DNA of 64,000 nucleotides, taken from assembly GCA_951406725.2 (NCBI GenBank), contig OX597824.1, positions 43,958,001 through 44,022,000 of the forward strand. The letters are read 5' to 3'. Shown here one piece after another: positions 37,676 to 49,280 of the stretch (positions are counted from its first letter, which is position 1; each line of letters begins with the position of its first letter). The translations under genes were made by a program, and so were the position numbers. This stretch comes from Octopus vulgaris. Lineage: Eukaryota. A model generated the notes under the pieces. That model was given only the letters and a program-made list of their open reading frames with translations, was not told the DNA's origin and made no database searches.

Positions 37676-40658
37676 TTGTAACGATACGAAACTAAATGTA
37701 TTTAGTTTCACATTGTTAAATACCCTGTCACGGATAAAAGGCAGGCAGCTCAGTGGCTAGGGGGAACAGCAGTCAAATAGACAACCAGCCTCTCTGCATT
37801 GCGTTATTGGAGTTCTTGTATGTCACAATCTGATGATAGCAATGGAATCTATTCAAGTAATTTCAGTGCCGCATAGACTGTCTTCTGGAGAACATACCCA
37901 AACTATTATTGCCATCACCACCAGTGTTGTTACTACTGCTCATTCCGTTGTTATTGTTTGTAGCTATAGAAGGAGTGTTGTTGTTACTGCTGCTACTGTT
38001 GTTTGCTGACGAGCTGTGGTTTACACTTGTATAGTTACTGCTGCTGCTATTACTGTCACCAGTATTACTGGTATTTTGGCTATTACTACTTCTGACATTG
38101 CCAGTGTTCTCTTTATCAGGAGACATGACCACAGCTGGATCTGAGATAATGGCAGTTGATAAACGTTTGGATGGTGTTTCTGATGCAGGCCTTGTAGGTT
38201 GCTCACAGCAAATTGTTCTTGTAACATTGGTTGACAAACTCAAATCTACCATCGGCAGTTGTCCTTTCTTCCCAGCCATCAGGAAGTTCATTGGGGTCAT
38301 TTAGTATAACTGGCTGAATAGAAGGTGTGATAATGGTAGCAGGGGCTGAACTATCTTTGTCTCTGGATATAAGGCTTATGATAATCTGCATTTCTTTTCT
38401 GTAATTCCAGCTGTTGAAAGCTAGTATCTTTCAACTGTTGGAAGTGATTTGTACACATCCGAAGAAGCCAGCGCCGTGTTTCTTTTGGATCTTTTTATGG
38501 TTCCAAATACTTATGGTAACAGAATCTTTTTGGCCGATATATAAGTCATAGTGTTGGTTCCACTTAGGATCAAGAGTATTTTTACAAAGTTCTGTTGAGT
38601 GGCACTGCTCTGAACCATTAACATTTATTTTGGCACAAGAATCTGGTAACCTAAAGAAATGTCTTTTAGCTAGGTTCTTAGAACAGAGAACTGTAAATCT
38701 GACTTTCATAGAGCAACTGTGTCCGTTACTAGCCATCGTAGTGGAGAAAATCCATAGAGAACATATCCTTCCTTCCTCACTATAGTATTGCACCTGATGG
38801 GGATCACAGAAAAACCCCTTCTTCAAGCACCATGCTGACTACAAAAGATGCTCCAGAAAATTCAGGGATATGGTTTCAAAATCAAATACTGCCCAATTCA
38901 TACCATGACATTGGCCGACACCCTCTCTTACCTCTCAAACCATGAAGACAACGAAGACATTGACCTGGATTTGAAAGTGGATGGGATTGAATTGACTTCA
39001 AGAGAAATCCACCAATCTGAATTTGACCTTGTCAATTTTTCCATCAACAAACGTTACCAACTGCATGAGTTCACCAGCAGAGATTCTACTTTGGCTACAC
39101 TGATGGAAACGATCACCTAATGGGTGACCGGACAGCATCAAACAACTCTTAGATGACATAAACATACTGGTCTTTTTGAGATGAATTGGTTGTAGAAGAT
39201 TCGAAGGGACACAAGTGTTGATACAAGGGACACAAGTGTTGATACAACATGACATTCTAGTACAGCTTGTAAAGGTGTCTATTGGACAAACATCAACAAA
39301 GACATCGAAGAAATGCAGATCCTGTCAAATATGCCAAGAATTTGCAACTGCCAACAACAAAGAACCACTGATGTCATTCCCAGTGCACCATGAAAAAAAC
39401 TAGGAACAGATCTATTTGAAATCAACAGCAAAACTTATCTGCTCATTTGTGACTACTCCATATTTCCAATTGTATCTCACCTCAGCGAAACCACAAGCAA
39501 AGCAGTCACAGAGGAATTCAAAAAGACTATGTCTCTCTTCAGCAGACCTGATGAAATTTTCAGTGACATTGGTCCTCAATATACCGGAAAACCATTTCAA
39601 CAATTCACAGAAATGGAGAATTCAACACACTACATCATCACCAATCAACTGGATTCATAGAGAGAAGGTACAGATAATTAAAAAGACAATCCAAAAATGT
39701 GAACAAAGCAAAGCAAACATAAACAATGCATTGTTGAATCTAAGAGCCACACCATTTAACTCAAAGATGCCGTCACCTGCTGAGATCCTATTGGGCAACA
39801 CTTGTGCCATTACACTGGAGCTATTGTCATGAAACTCAAAGACAGAGAAGACTTCTTGAAGAAAAGAAAATACAAATGAAAACTGCATATGACCAGCATG
39901 CAAAGATGGAATTACCTCCATTGCACAAAGGACAAGCTATATGAATCCTTGACAAAAACAACAAATGTTGGATACCTGGAGAAAAGCAAGACAATGTAAA
40001 GAACCGAAGTCTTACATTGTGAAAACAATGCATGGAGATTTGCAGAGAAGAGAAACAGAAGAGAACTGAGAGATACTAGCATAGACATAGACAGACAGTA
40101 TGAACAGACCAGTCAGATGGAAACACCTGCCAGATCACCCTACAATATAGAGACAGACAACCATCCAGCAGACCCTACAAACTCTATGGAACATGTTACT
40201 CAACTTGACTCAAGGAAAGAAATTACACATGCTCCTCCTGATAACAACACAGAAACACAAAATAATGGCTAGATGCATGAGAAGTGCTCAATGCCAACCC
40301 CCAGAAGAATCACAAGATTAGGCAGAACAGTGAAAACACCGGAGCACTACAAAAACCATAAAACTGTTCATGTTATTTGAAGTGCATGTTGCGTATTGCT
40401 CTTGCAACAAAACAGTTTTTTTTTTCTTTCTTTGAGGGAGAAGAAACCCTATTTTCATTTGTCAGTTTTATTTGTCTGTGAATTGCTTAAAGAAAAGGTG
40501 GACATTGTAATGATACGAAACTAAATGTACTTAGTTTCACATTGTTAAATACACTGTCGCTGATAAAAGGTGGTCAGCTCAGTGGCTAGGGGAACAGCAG
40601 TCGAATAGACAACCAACCACTCTGCATTGCGTTATTGGACTACTTGTATGGCACAATA
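37676..40658 (+). mobile_element. Ty3/gypsy-type LTR retrotransposon remnant carrying a captured gene fragment
   Basis: ~150-bp direct repeats at 37676-37829 and 40505-40657 (TTGTAA...CACAAT); purine-rich tract aaagaaaaggtgga before the 3' LTR; GAAATTG duplicated on both flanks; pol remnants KPL.QAP..LQKML.KIQGY, LADTLS, ALLNLRATP...SPAEILLG. Confidence 0.88.
37860..38740 (-). pseudogene. SMURF: Processed fragment of SMURF1/2-type HECT E3 ubiquitin ligase (C2 domain + WW1 + low-complexity linker)
   Basis: ATG at 38736; VRFTVLCSKNLAKRHFFRLPD...QCHST...KNTLDPKWNQHYDLYIG..DSVTISIWNHKKI.KK.GAGF.GCV, then frameshifted QLKDTSFQQLEL, QIIISL.SRD and ELPDGWEERTTADGR; no introns. Confidence 0.92.
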
Positions 40659-40876
40659 GAAATTGCTGGCCTTCTGCCTAAATTAGAAACCATTATTATT
40701 GTTATTGATTGGCTGGTTTAATGTTGAGTGAAGTATTGTAAGGGTTGCTAGAACTATCCATTTCATTTATATCTCATCTGCCAGAATAGGAGGGAAAAAA
40801 ACGAACATTAATGATAGTAGTCATTAATGATAATGATAATTACTGATATGATGATGATAATGTTATCTTTTTTCAG

Positions 40877-40939
40877 TTCCTGGAATTATTGGATGTTTAC
40901 AGGCCTTAGAAGTCATTAAAATTGCTTGTGGTTTACAGT
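40877..40939 (+). CDS. MOCS3: MOCS3 exon 8
   Basis: tttcag|TT CCT...CAG T|gtatccttc; (I)PGIIGCLQALEVIKIACGLQ. Confidence 0.94.
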
Positions 40940-41354
40940 GTATCCTTCAAATGACAGCTGATAATTGTATTTTGTCTGATCTATATCAGTATTTGTTTTA
41001 CTTTAGGAGCTATTGACAGTTTGGTAAAGTCTAGAATATGCAAATATTGATACATTTGTTTTATGTCCATTTTTCCATAGTTGCTTGGGTTGATGAATAT
41101 GTTATCTGAGGCATTGTTTTACAGCCAGATGCCCTTCCTGATATGAATCTTTATCTGTTTTTTGAATAAGACATCTCTTATTCCACATGGTTTCAAAGGC
41201 TCGATGTGATTGGATAATTTGTTGACAAGAGAAATTGACATCATACCTACTGCATTGTACAAGCAATCACAAGTGTAAAACACACATGCATATGTGTAAA
41301 TATACAATGGTCATCTTTCAGTTTCTACCTACTGAATCTATTCATACAGAATAT

Positions 41355-41620
41355 TAGATTTATAAGCCCTAAATTCACTCCATAATTGCCCATGGGCATA
41401 TGGCGTAGTGGTTAAGAACATGGGCTACTAAACCCAAGATTCTAAGTTCAATTCCAACAATAAGAATAGTAATAATATCAAAAAATATCTTAGAAATGAG
41501 AACCCAGGTTTGAAATTTCCCCTAAGACACCTGATGAAAGCTGGAGGGTATATCAGCTGAAACGTTGTGTTAACAACAAATAAGATGAGGACAAATATCC
41601 ATCGAATGTAAATAATGAAG
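41355..41620 (+). mobile_element. Solo Penelope-associated terminal repeat with a tRNA-like segment and hammerhead motif
   Basis: Reverse-complement match to ~29951-30200; A box TGGCGTAGTGG, B box GTTCAATTCC. Confidence 0.8.
41526..41571 (+). ncRNA. Minimal type I hammerhead ribozyme motif
   Basis: Stem I GACAC/GUGUU; core CUGAUGA; stem II AGCUGG/UCAGCU; GAAA; palindromic stem III ACGU; triplet GUU. Confidence 0.72.
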
Positions 41621-43264
41621 GTGAAGTATGTTTTTTTTCTGTGCAGTTGCTGTGCTGAAAGAATGTGTGTGGAAAACTAGAATGCAAGGACTCGTGACAG
41701 GATCCTTCATCTCTTGCTCTGGTTTTCTATTAGGTTGTCTCTTTTGGAATTTTTAATTTTGGTTTTAAATGATGTATTTTCAAATTAATTTTCATTAAAT
41801 TACTTTGACTTTATATATCATTTTAAAGCCCATTTTTCGCTCTATCCAATCGTGTTACTCTTTTTCTTTTTGAATAATTAGGTCATTTTTTTTCCAGAAC
41901 GTAGAATACATGGACAAAAAGTAAATTTGCACAATTTTCTTATTCCAGTTCAAGCTAGGCCGAAAAGCTGCTGATACAGCTTGCAATATCAATGATGCAT
42001 TGGTCGAGGAACCACTAATGAACAATGGTAGTTCAAGAAATTTCGTAGTGGTGATAAGAGTCTTGAAGATGATAAGCGTAGTGGTTGGCCATTGGATGTT
42101 GACAATGATCAACTAACAGCCTTAGTTGAAGCTAATCCATGCACAACTGTTCGAGATCTTGCTTCTGAATTAGATGTAACGTATACGACAATTTCCAACC
42201 ACTTGAAAGAGATTGAAAAAGCAAAAATTCTTGAGAAATGGGTGCTGAGAAGAACGGCCCTTTTCTTGACCGGATTGTGACTTGCGATGAAAAGTGGATT
42301 TTCTATGACAACTGGTGACACTCAGTGGTTGGACGCTGACGAAGCCCATGGCACTTCCTGAAGCCAAGGTTGCACCAAAGAAGGTCATGGTGACTGGTGG
42401 TCTGCAACCAGTCTCATCCATCACAGCTGTTTGGATCCAGGCAAAACCATTACGGTAGAGAAGTACTGTCAGCAAATGGATGAAATGCATAAGAAACTCC
42501 GACAACTATCAGTATTGGTCAATACAAAAGGACCAATTCTTCTCCACAACAACGCTTGGCCGCACGTCACACAACTGACTCTGAAGAAGTTGAACAAAAT
42601 GGCCTACAGAACTCTGCCTCATCCACCATACTCACCAGACCTCTCGCCTAACTACTATCACTTTTTCAAGCATCTTGACTACTTCCTGTGTGGGAAATGC
42701 TTCAAAAACCAACACAATGCCAAACATACCTTCAACGACTTCGTCACCACCAGAACACAGGATTTTTATACTACTGGCAAAAATAAACTTGTTTCGCATT
42801 GACAAGTGTGTTGATTCTAATGGTGTTTATTTCGATTAATAAAGTTTTGTTTGAGCCAAGATATGTGCATCTGAATTTAAAGGTTAAAAACCGTAAGAAC
42901 TTTCTTGACAACCTAATACAATACTTCAGATATCATCTGAAGAGCAAGATAACGCTGGAGAAGAGAATCCTGTTGCGAAGTGTGTTTGAGGAAAGATGGA
43001 AGGCTGTGTTAAGAAATGTGGGTGCTAGTAACCCTACTTAATCTGCATTGGGAGAAAAAAAACAAGAGGTAGCTGCTGGGCCTTTTAGGCAACTGGGTAT
43101 AATCCCCTCCCCAAAAGGGAGAAAAAAAAAGACTGTATAATATAAAATTCATCTTTTCATTAAAATTTTCAAATAAGGTTCATTTGAACTCACATTAACT
43201 TCATTTGTATGTGTTGTCCTGTGCTGTATTATCTATATGTGACGTTATTGTCTAAATAAAAAAA
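41620..43264 (+). mobile_element. Tx1/L1-like LINE 3' end interrupted by a mariner
   Basis: The frame AVAVLKECVWKTR...GF|QYFRYHLKSKITLEKRIL...FEERW continues across the mariner; ends in aataaaaaaa; clade assignment tentative. Confidence 0.55.
41730..42916 (+). mobile_element. Decayed mariner transposon
   Basis: TA|TTAGGTTGTC ... GACAACCTAA|TA; IVTCDEKW, HNNAWPH, HPPYSPDLSPNYYH motifs. Confidence 0.9.
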
Positions 43265-43286
43265 TTCAGCTAGCAAGCCATTCTAC

Positions 43287-43329
43287 TCCAGACTGATGAT
43301 GAGCAATGACTCTGAAACTAGTCTCTGGA
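43287..43329 (+). ncRNA. Minimal type I hammerhead ribozyme motif (second family)
   Basis: Stem I UCCAGA/UCUGGA; CUGAUGA; short stem II GAG/CUC with a U-U mismatch at its base; GAAA; palindromic stem III ACUAGU; triplet GUC. Confidence 0.7.
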
Positions 43330-45112
43330 TGCTGGCTTTGCTGGGTGGAGGTGCTTATCTCCACTTTGAAAACATAAGGACATAGGAAATGTGTCAAGTC
43401 CAACAGGAAATGGTGTTTCCTTGGGCTAAATAACAGTAGAATTCTTCCCTTTCATGGGACTGTCACATTAAGTTGACAACATACTATCACTTTAGTCTTT
43501 CCTTCTATTCCTTACTAAATGTCTTTCCCTCTTCTTCATTGTTAAAAGTAAAGAAGCTAGAAAAGATCAATTGTATTTCAGTATAATTGTCATTGTAAAT
43601 GACTGAGGCTTTCCTTTCTCTGTCTCTATCGCCTCATTCCTTTTCTCTACGGTTAATAGAGTGCAGGTATGTGGCTAAGTGGTTAGGGATATTGAGCCCA
43701 TGATCGTAAAGTCATGAGTATAATTCCCTGTGGCGCACTGTGTTTTTGAGCAAATTACTCTACTTCACCTTGCTGCAGTCTACTCAGCTGGCAAAACCAA
43801 GGGGCCAGCCTTGTCACATTTTGTGTGAGGCTGAATCTCCCTGAATCTACCTTATGGTATGTATGTCTGTTGGGTACTCAGCCACTTGCATGTTAATTTT
43901 ACAAGCAGACTGTTCCATTGATCAGATAAACAGGAACCTTGTCATCACAACTGACGGAGTGCCATTTTTTTAAAAAAGAGTGAAAGGAAAGGAAATGTTC
44001 CATATCATAAGGCAAAAACGTCATGTGTTTAGTATAAGCAGTGAAAGCTACGACAAAATAATTGTTGTTCTGTCGTGTAATTTACCTTTGACTCATGCTC
44101 AGTTTGATAACAACAGCCTGCTCATTGGTGTTTATCTGGGGGCTTGGCTTCCAGATCTGTGCAACCCACAAAGGCTGCTGTTAGGACCTGATTAACACTC
44201 ATGGTGACCCTAATGACTAAAAGGATTTTCCTGCTCCTGTATAGGATCTTTTTTCTTGATGGTTTATCTTGCTCCAGTCCATTCAGTTGGCCAAAATGAG
44301 TTGTTCTGTGTGAGGCTGAATCTCTCTGAAAACTAAGGTAATCATATACATATCTATGGAGTGCTCAGCCACTTGCAAGTTAATTTTATCCTCATGTGGT
44401 AATGAAAAGTGAAAGTGACATCCAGTATTTGCTGTAGTTATTTGTCTTTGATTTAACAATGTGTGTATGTATCTATATATCAACTTTTCTTTTGATCTAT
44501 GTATCTACTGTCTCTCTCACTTTCTTTGTGTCTCTCCTCTCTCCTGCTTTTAATTTAACAATGTGTGTATGTATCTATGTATCAACTTTTCTTTCGATTT
44601 ATGTGTCTACTTTATGTGTCACCATTCACTATTTCTTTCACTCTCTCTTTCTTTCTCTCTCTCTCTCTCACTCACTCTTTCTCTCTCACTCTCTCTTACT
44701 TCCTCTCTGAAACATTTAAAAACACAAAAGAAACACCGTTACCATTCACTGTCTCTTTCACTCTCTCTCTTTCTCTCTCACTACCTTTTTCTTGCTTTGT
44801 CACTCATACCTTCCTCCGAAGTAAGTGTGACTCATGCCACAGTTCCATATGTATAAAAAGAATAAATTGGCATGTTAATATTATTAATAAGACAGAATGA
44901 TACAAAAATTTCACTTACAAAGTTTAAGTCATTCATTAGTGCTATAGTATCAAACACAGAAATGCATTTGAAAAACATACTGTTTAACCACACTTTCATC
45001 CTTTTTTCTTTTTATAATTAATTTCCTGTACCTGTCACATATTTGCATAAATTTGTAAACACAAAGACAACTGTAATATGGTAAATGCATTATGCCTTAA
45101 CAATAGATTTAG

Positions 45113-45273
45113 CTTCTCTGAAACAGCACTTACTTCTGTTTGATGGTATGGATTGCTCGTTTCACAAAGTAAAACTTCGTCCTAGTCAAAAGAACTGCAT
45201 TGCTTGTGGAGATGGGTCAAAACCAGAGCTGATAGACTACGAACAGTTTTGTGGCTCTCGATCAAATGATAAG
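45113..45273 (+). CDS. MOCS3: MOCS3 exon 9 (second CxxC)
   Basis: SLKQHLLLFDGMDCSFHKVKLRPSQKNCIACGD...LIDYEQFCGSRSNDK|gtaggt. Confidence 0.93.
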
Positions 45274-48200
45274 GTAGGTTTTTATAATGTAGCTATTCTT
45301 CCTTTCACAAAATTTACCATTATTCTCTAGAACAGACACCTGATGAAATGTTTTTTTGCATTAAGGTTGTTTTTGTTTTTGTTTGTTATAAACTGTTCAA
45401 CAATGTGTGTATGTGTCTAATGATAAATGATGTCTTCATGAGCTCTGGATTCAATACTGTTGTAGTGAGACCTAGAATAAAAATCTCACAGTTTTAGTTA
45501 CCAGTACAAGACCACACTCATGCCAGGTGATGTTTTCTGGTTATTAACCAATCAGCTAGCAGAAATATCATGTCATATAGAACATTCTACAAAGTTCTAG
45601 AGGTTCCTGTGCTTTTGTAGTTATGAAAGTAGAAGCTGACTAGATCAAACAAAGAGCAGCCCTTTGAAGCATAGGCAACTAGTCTTTACAACATCAAGTT
45701 TTTCTTTGCTGAAATTCAGCCTGGAGTTTGCCTCTCACATGATACTAATCATTTTATCCATAATTTAATTACAGCTATGTCCAATTATAGCCTTATACAG
45801 TACACTATTAGCAACTACTGGGAAACTTTTATGTATAAATGTAAATATTGTAAATGACTTCAATAACAATAAAATGTATTTCACCAAATTTCACATTTGG
45901 TTTATTATGTAACAACATATGGCTAATACCATTCAACAATGACCCATATACCAAGTCCCACACTGTTATACTGATGAGAGATAAATTCATTCAATGAAAA
46001 TATATTCACAGAACATGAGCCAGGGATGGTGCCTCCATGTGTTATATGACCTTCTAGAAAGAGCAGTCAAATCTCCCTTAAAAAAGGAAGAACACATTGG
46101 GATAATGTGGTTGTAAATATACTTTGCTGAAGTAAAGATGGGATTGTAACATGTGGAACATCTTTCATTTTAGGACTACTCAATCAGGACTCATCTGGAG
46201 CTATAACGCTAAACAACATTCACAGAACATTTTCTGAAGAACATGTACTTATTCCTGGAAACTAGGTTAATTGAGGCAGCTTTTGTTATGCGGGTGACCA
46301 GATTAGTAGTGTAAATGTTTTAAAGCATAGTTCCAGAATAAGAACTGAGTGAACAAAGTTTAGCATACTATTACCTCTGCTAGCAACAAGGATTGATGGA
46401 CAGATTTACAATGATAGTATGTGGAAATGTAATGATGCATTGTAGACACAGACCTTGAATGCAGAGGATTCAGGATAGCTGAAAAGAAATGAGTCAAGCA
46501 GGCTGTACTGGATGTAGAATGTTAGTTTGCATAAGTGATGGAACACAAATGAGCTGAGGGTGAGTGGAAAACTAGATGTAAAAGACTACACTGGTGCCTA
46601 TGGAGTATGTCCATACTATAAAAGAATGCTGAATGCTCCAAATAGATGGAATCTGTGGAAGAGAGAAACCAAAGAAGACATTGGACAAAGTAGTGAAGAC
46701 TAATATTGAGAAGTAGAACCTCATAAGGGAGATGACTGGGGCCTGTGACTTGTGAAATGCTATGCTGCAGTGGAACTACCTAACTTGCGAGCCAGGAAAA
46801 ATACATGTAAAAATGATGGTAGTGGTCATGGGGATTAGGACTGTAATATCTGTGGGTTGCTCATTACTATTAAGTTCATATTGAGCCTGCATTTACCACT
46901 CTCACTCTGTCTTCATTACTTCCTCATCTTTCATTCACCCTTCTATCAATGTGTCTCTCTTCTATAACTTTTCTCTCCCATCACATTATCTGCGTGATGT
47001 GGGATGATATCAAGTTGAATTTGTTTATCTTCAATTTTTTTCACCATCATCCTTTATTGCCAGTCATTGCTCTCCTGTTGTTTCTCTCATTACTCATGGA
47101 TGTCTTGTTTCCAGCAAGGCTAAAGAGTCTGTTCTAGCTTTGTTTCCAACAAGGCAATCTCTCTAGTCCTTCCTACTATATGTTGTCTCTTTTCATTCAT
47201 CATTCACTTTATAGTGTGCACTGTCTCCAATCATAATGCTTATGCTGTTTCTATTCAATCCATTTTCCATCATCATGTACTCTTTACTTTCTCCCTCTCA
47301 TTCATATAAATCTGGTCCACTTCCATTACTCTTCTCCTATCACCCATTTGGTCATGTTGCTTCTATCCAATCTCCTTACAAACAACAATCATGTAGCTAT
47401 CTACCACTCCCTTGCTTTCTCTTTTATCATCCTCTTGCTTCTATTCTTTCTTTCCTCCACTCTGACTCTTTTTCCCATCAGTTGTGTGGGAAAGAAAGGA
47501 ATGAGTGTATGAAGATAATTAAGGGAAGAGGGAAACCAGAATACAGAAAACTCCAGTATTGCTGGGAATGAAACAACCTGGTTAATGCTGGTGTCACAAT
47601 AAATTGCACCCAATACACTCAGTAAAGTAATTGGTGAATGGGTGGTGGCAATGTAGGCAGTGAGGATACAAGTCTTGCTGGGGACACAACAGAATGCACC
47701 CAGTACACTCTCTAAATGGATTGACAAATGAATGAAGACATTATAAAGTTAGAAAGGACTTGAAAGATTGCCTCATCAGAAACAAGGCTAGAGAATGCTC
47801 TTTAGAATTGCCAGGGACAAAGCACTCCCTCTAAGGCAAGTATATGTTGAGCAGTTGTTTAAGAAGCTCACTAATTGTTGGTAGTTGTGGTGGCAGTAGT
47901 TTTTATAGCTATATATGACCAATATGAAGAAAGAAATACTTTTTTAAGTTTCTTTCTTTGAGTAAAATTTTTACCATAAGACTGTTATCAGCAAAGAAAG
48001 ATATAGTAGAATGTATGCAATGTTGAATGCCTCTAGTTGAAATATATGCATGTCTAAATATAGCACATACATGTTTTTGCTTATAAAACCATAAAATCAA
48101 AATTCATCTCTTGATGATTCTGGAGATTAAACATAAGCATGGGTGATTTCACATTGCCTTTTCATACTCAGCTTCTTTTGCCCTGATCCAATATATTTTT

Positions 48201-49232
48201 GCTGTCGCATTTGCTTGTATTGAATTATTTTATTTTAGAATCAGTCTTTGAAATACAATTTAAATTTCTTAACAAGCAATGTTAATTAGCTGGTTGTATT
48301 TGGTAAAATTTTGATATGTAATCTAATTAGAGGGGTGATATAACCCACTATAGCTTAATGTTTTGAGTTGTACTTTTGAAAGTAACAAAGGAATTCATGA
48401 TGGAAGTTTCTACATGGCTGCTTAACCTCCTAGGAATAGCAGTCAAATCTCTCTTGGATATCACTTTATGATGTTGGATAAATAAAGATGGCCAGTTCTG
48501 GAATATCTCTGATCATGGATCTACTTGATTAGGACTGACTAGCACTAAATGACATGGAAAGTTTATTGTATGATACCAATGTCCAGATGGGATGAACAGA
48601 AATGATAAACAAATGCAGTGAAGAGATGAATCCTTCATTATATGATGAATGTAATATTAAATGTGAAGCATGAACACGAATGACAAACTAAACACATGTA
48701 CATTTGAAATAATTGTTTGGTGTATGCGATAAACATCTCATTTTATATTTTTGTTGGTCTGAGGAAGCAGAATTTGTAGCCATAAATTGTACAGAACTTC
48801 AAGTGTGAGGGTAAAGGATAACCAGATAAAGTTGGTGTGGACATGTAAACCAATATGTATATATTGAATTCAAAGTACTTCTTGAATTGGTTAAGGTAGC
48901 AGAGGCAGGCTGAGAAAGATTTAGGACAAAGTAATTAACTCTTAAGATGTGAGGCTTTAACATGAAGCAAAGAACCAGTTTGAGAAACTGTTGTATACAC
49001 ACTGGAAGGTCAATGTTAAGCCAATTATGGTAATGACTTAATATCAATGTTTTTGCTTGTTTTTTTATTTTAACTTTTTATAATATTTTCTGATAAATTG
49101 TGATGTGGCAAATATAATTTTGTGTTCAGTTAGGTTCATAAAACACAAATGGAATGATGTACTTTTGTCTTGGAACACAATAACTCCTTCAAAGCCAAGT
49201 ATCATTAAATTTTGGTCATTATATATTTTCAG

Positions 49233-49280
49233 GAAACTCATGTATCCACTTTGTCAAATGAACACCGAATTTCAGCTGCG
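49233..49280 (+). CDS. MOCS3: MOCS3 exon 10 (linker)
   Basis: tttcag|GAA...GCG|gtaagt; ETHVSTLSNEHRISAA fits the 'L...ERIS' linker; phase 0-0. Confidence 0.85.

Larger units (their letters stand above)
40940..45112 (+). other. U12-type GT-AG intron (MOCS3 intron 8, phase 1)
   Basis: 5' GTATCCTTC; branch point GCCTTAAC at 45094-45101; AG at 45111-45112; no polypyrimidine tract. Confidence 0.9.

Noticed and set aside
37860-38826. A functional nested SMURF gene
   Set aside because: Frameshifts and a premature stop, no introns, no HECT domain, and enclosed by LTRs
41394-41460. A functional tRNA gene
   Set aside because: Acceptor and T stems are degenerate and the segment is part of a repeat found twice in the window
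45335-45352. gacacctgatgaa, identical to the start of the 41526 hammerhead
   Set aside because: No stem II, GAAAC or closing stem I downstream
49242-49252. GTATCCACTT inside MOCS3 exon 10
   Set aside because: Mismatch to the U12 consensus, and the exon has a strong GTAAGT donor at 49281
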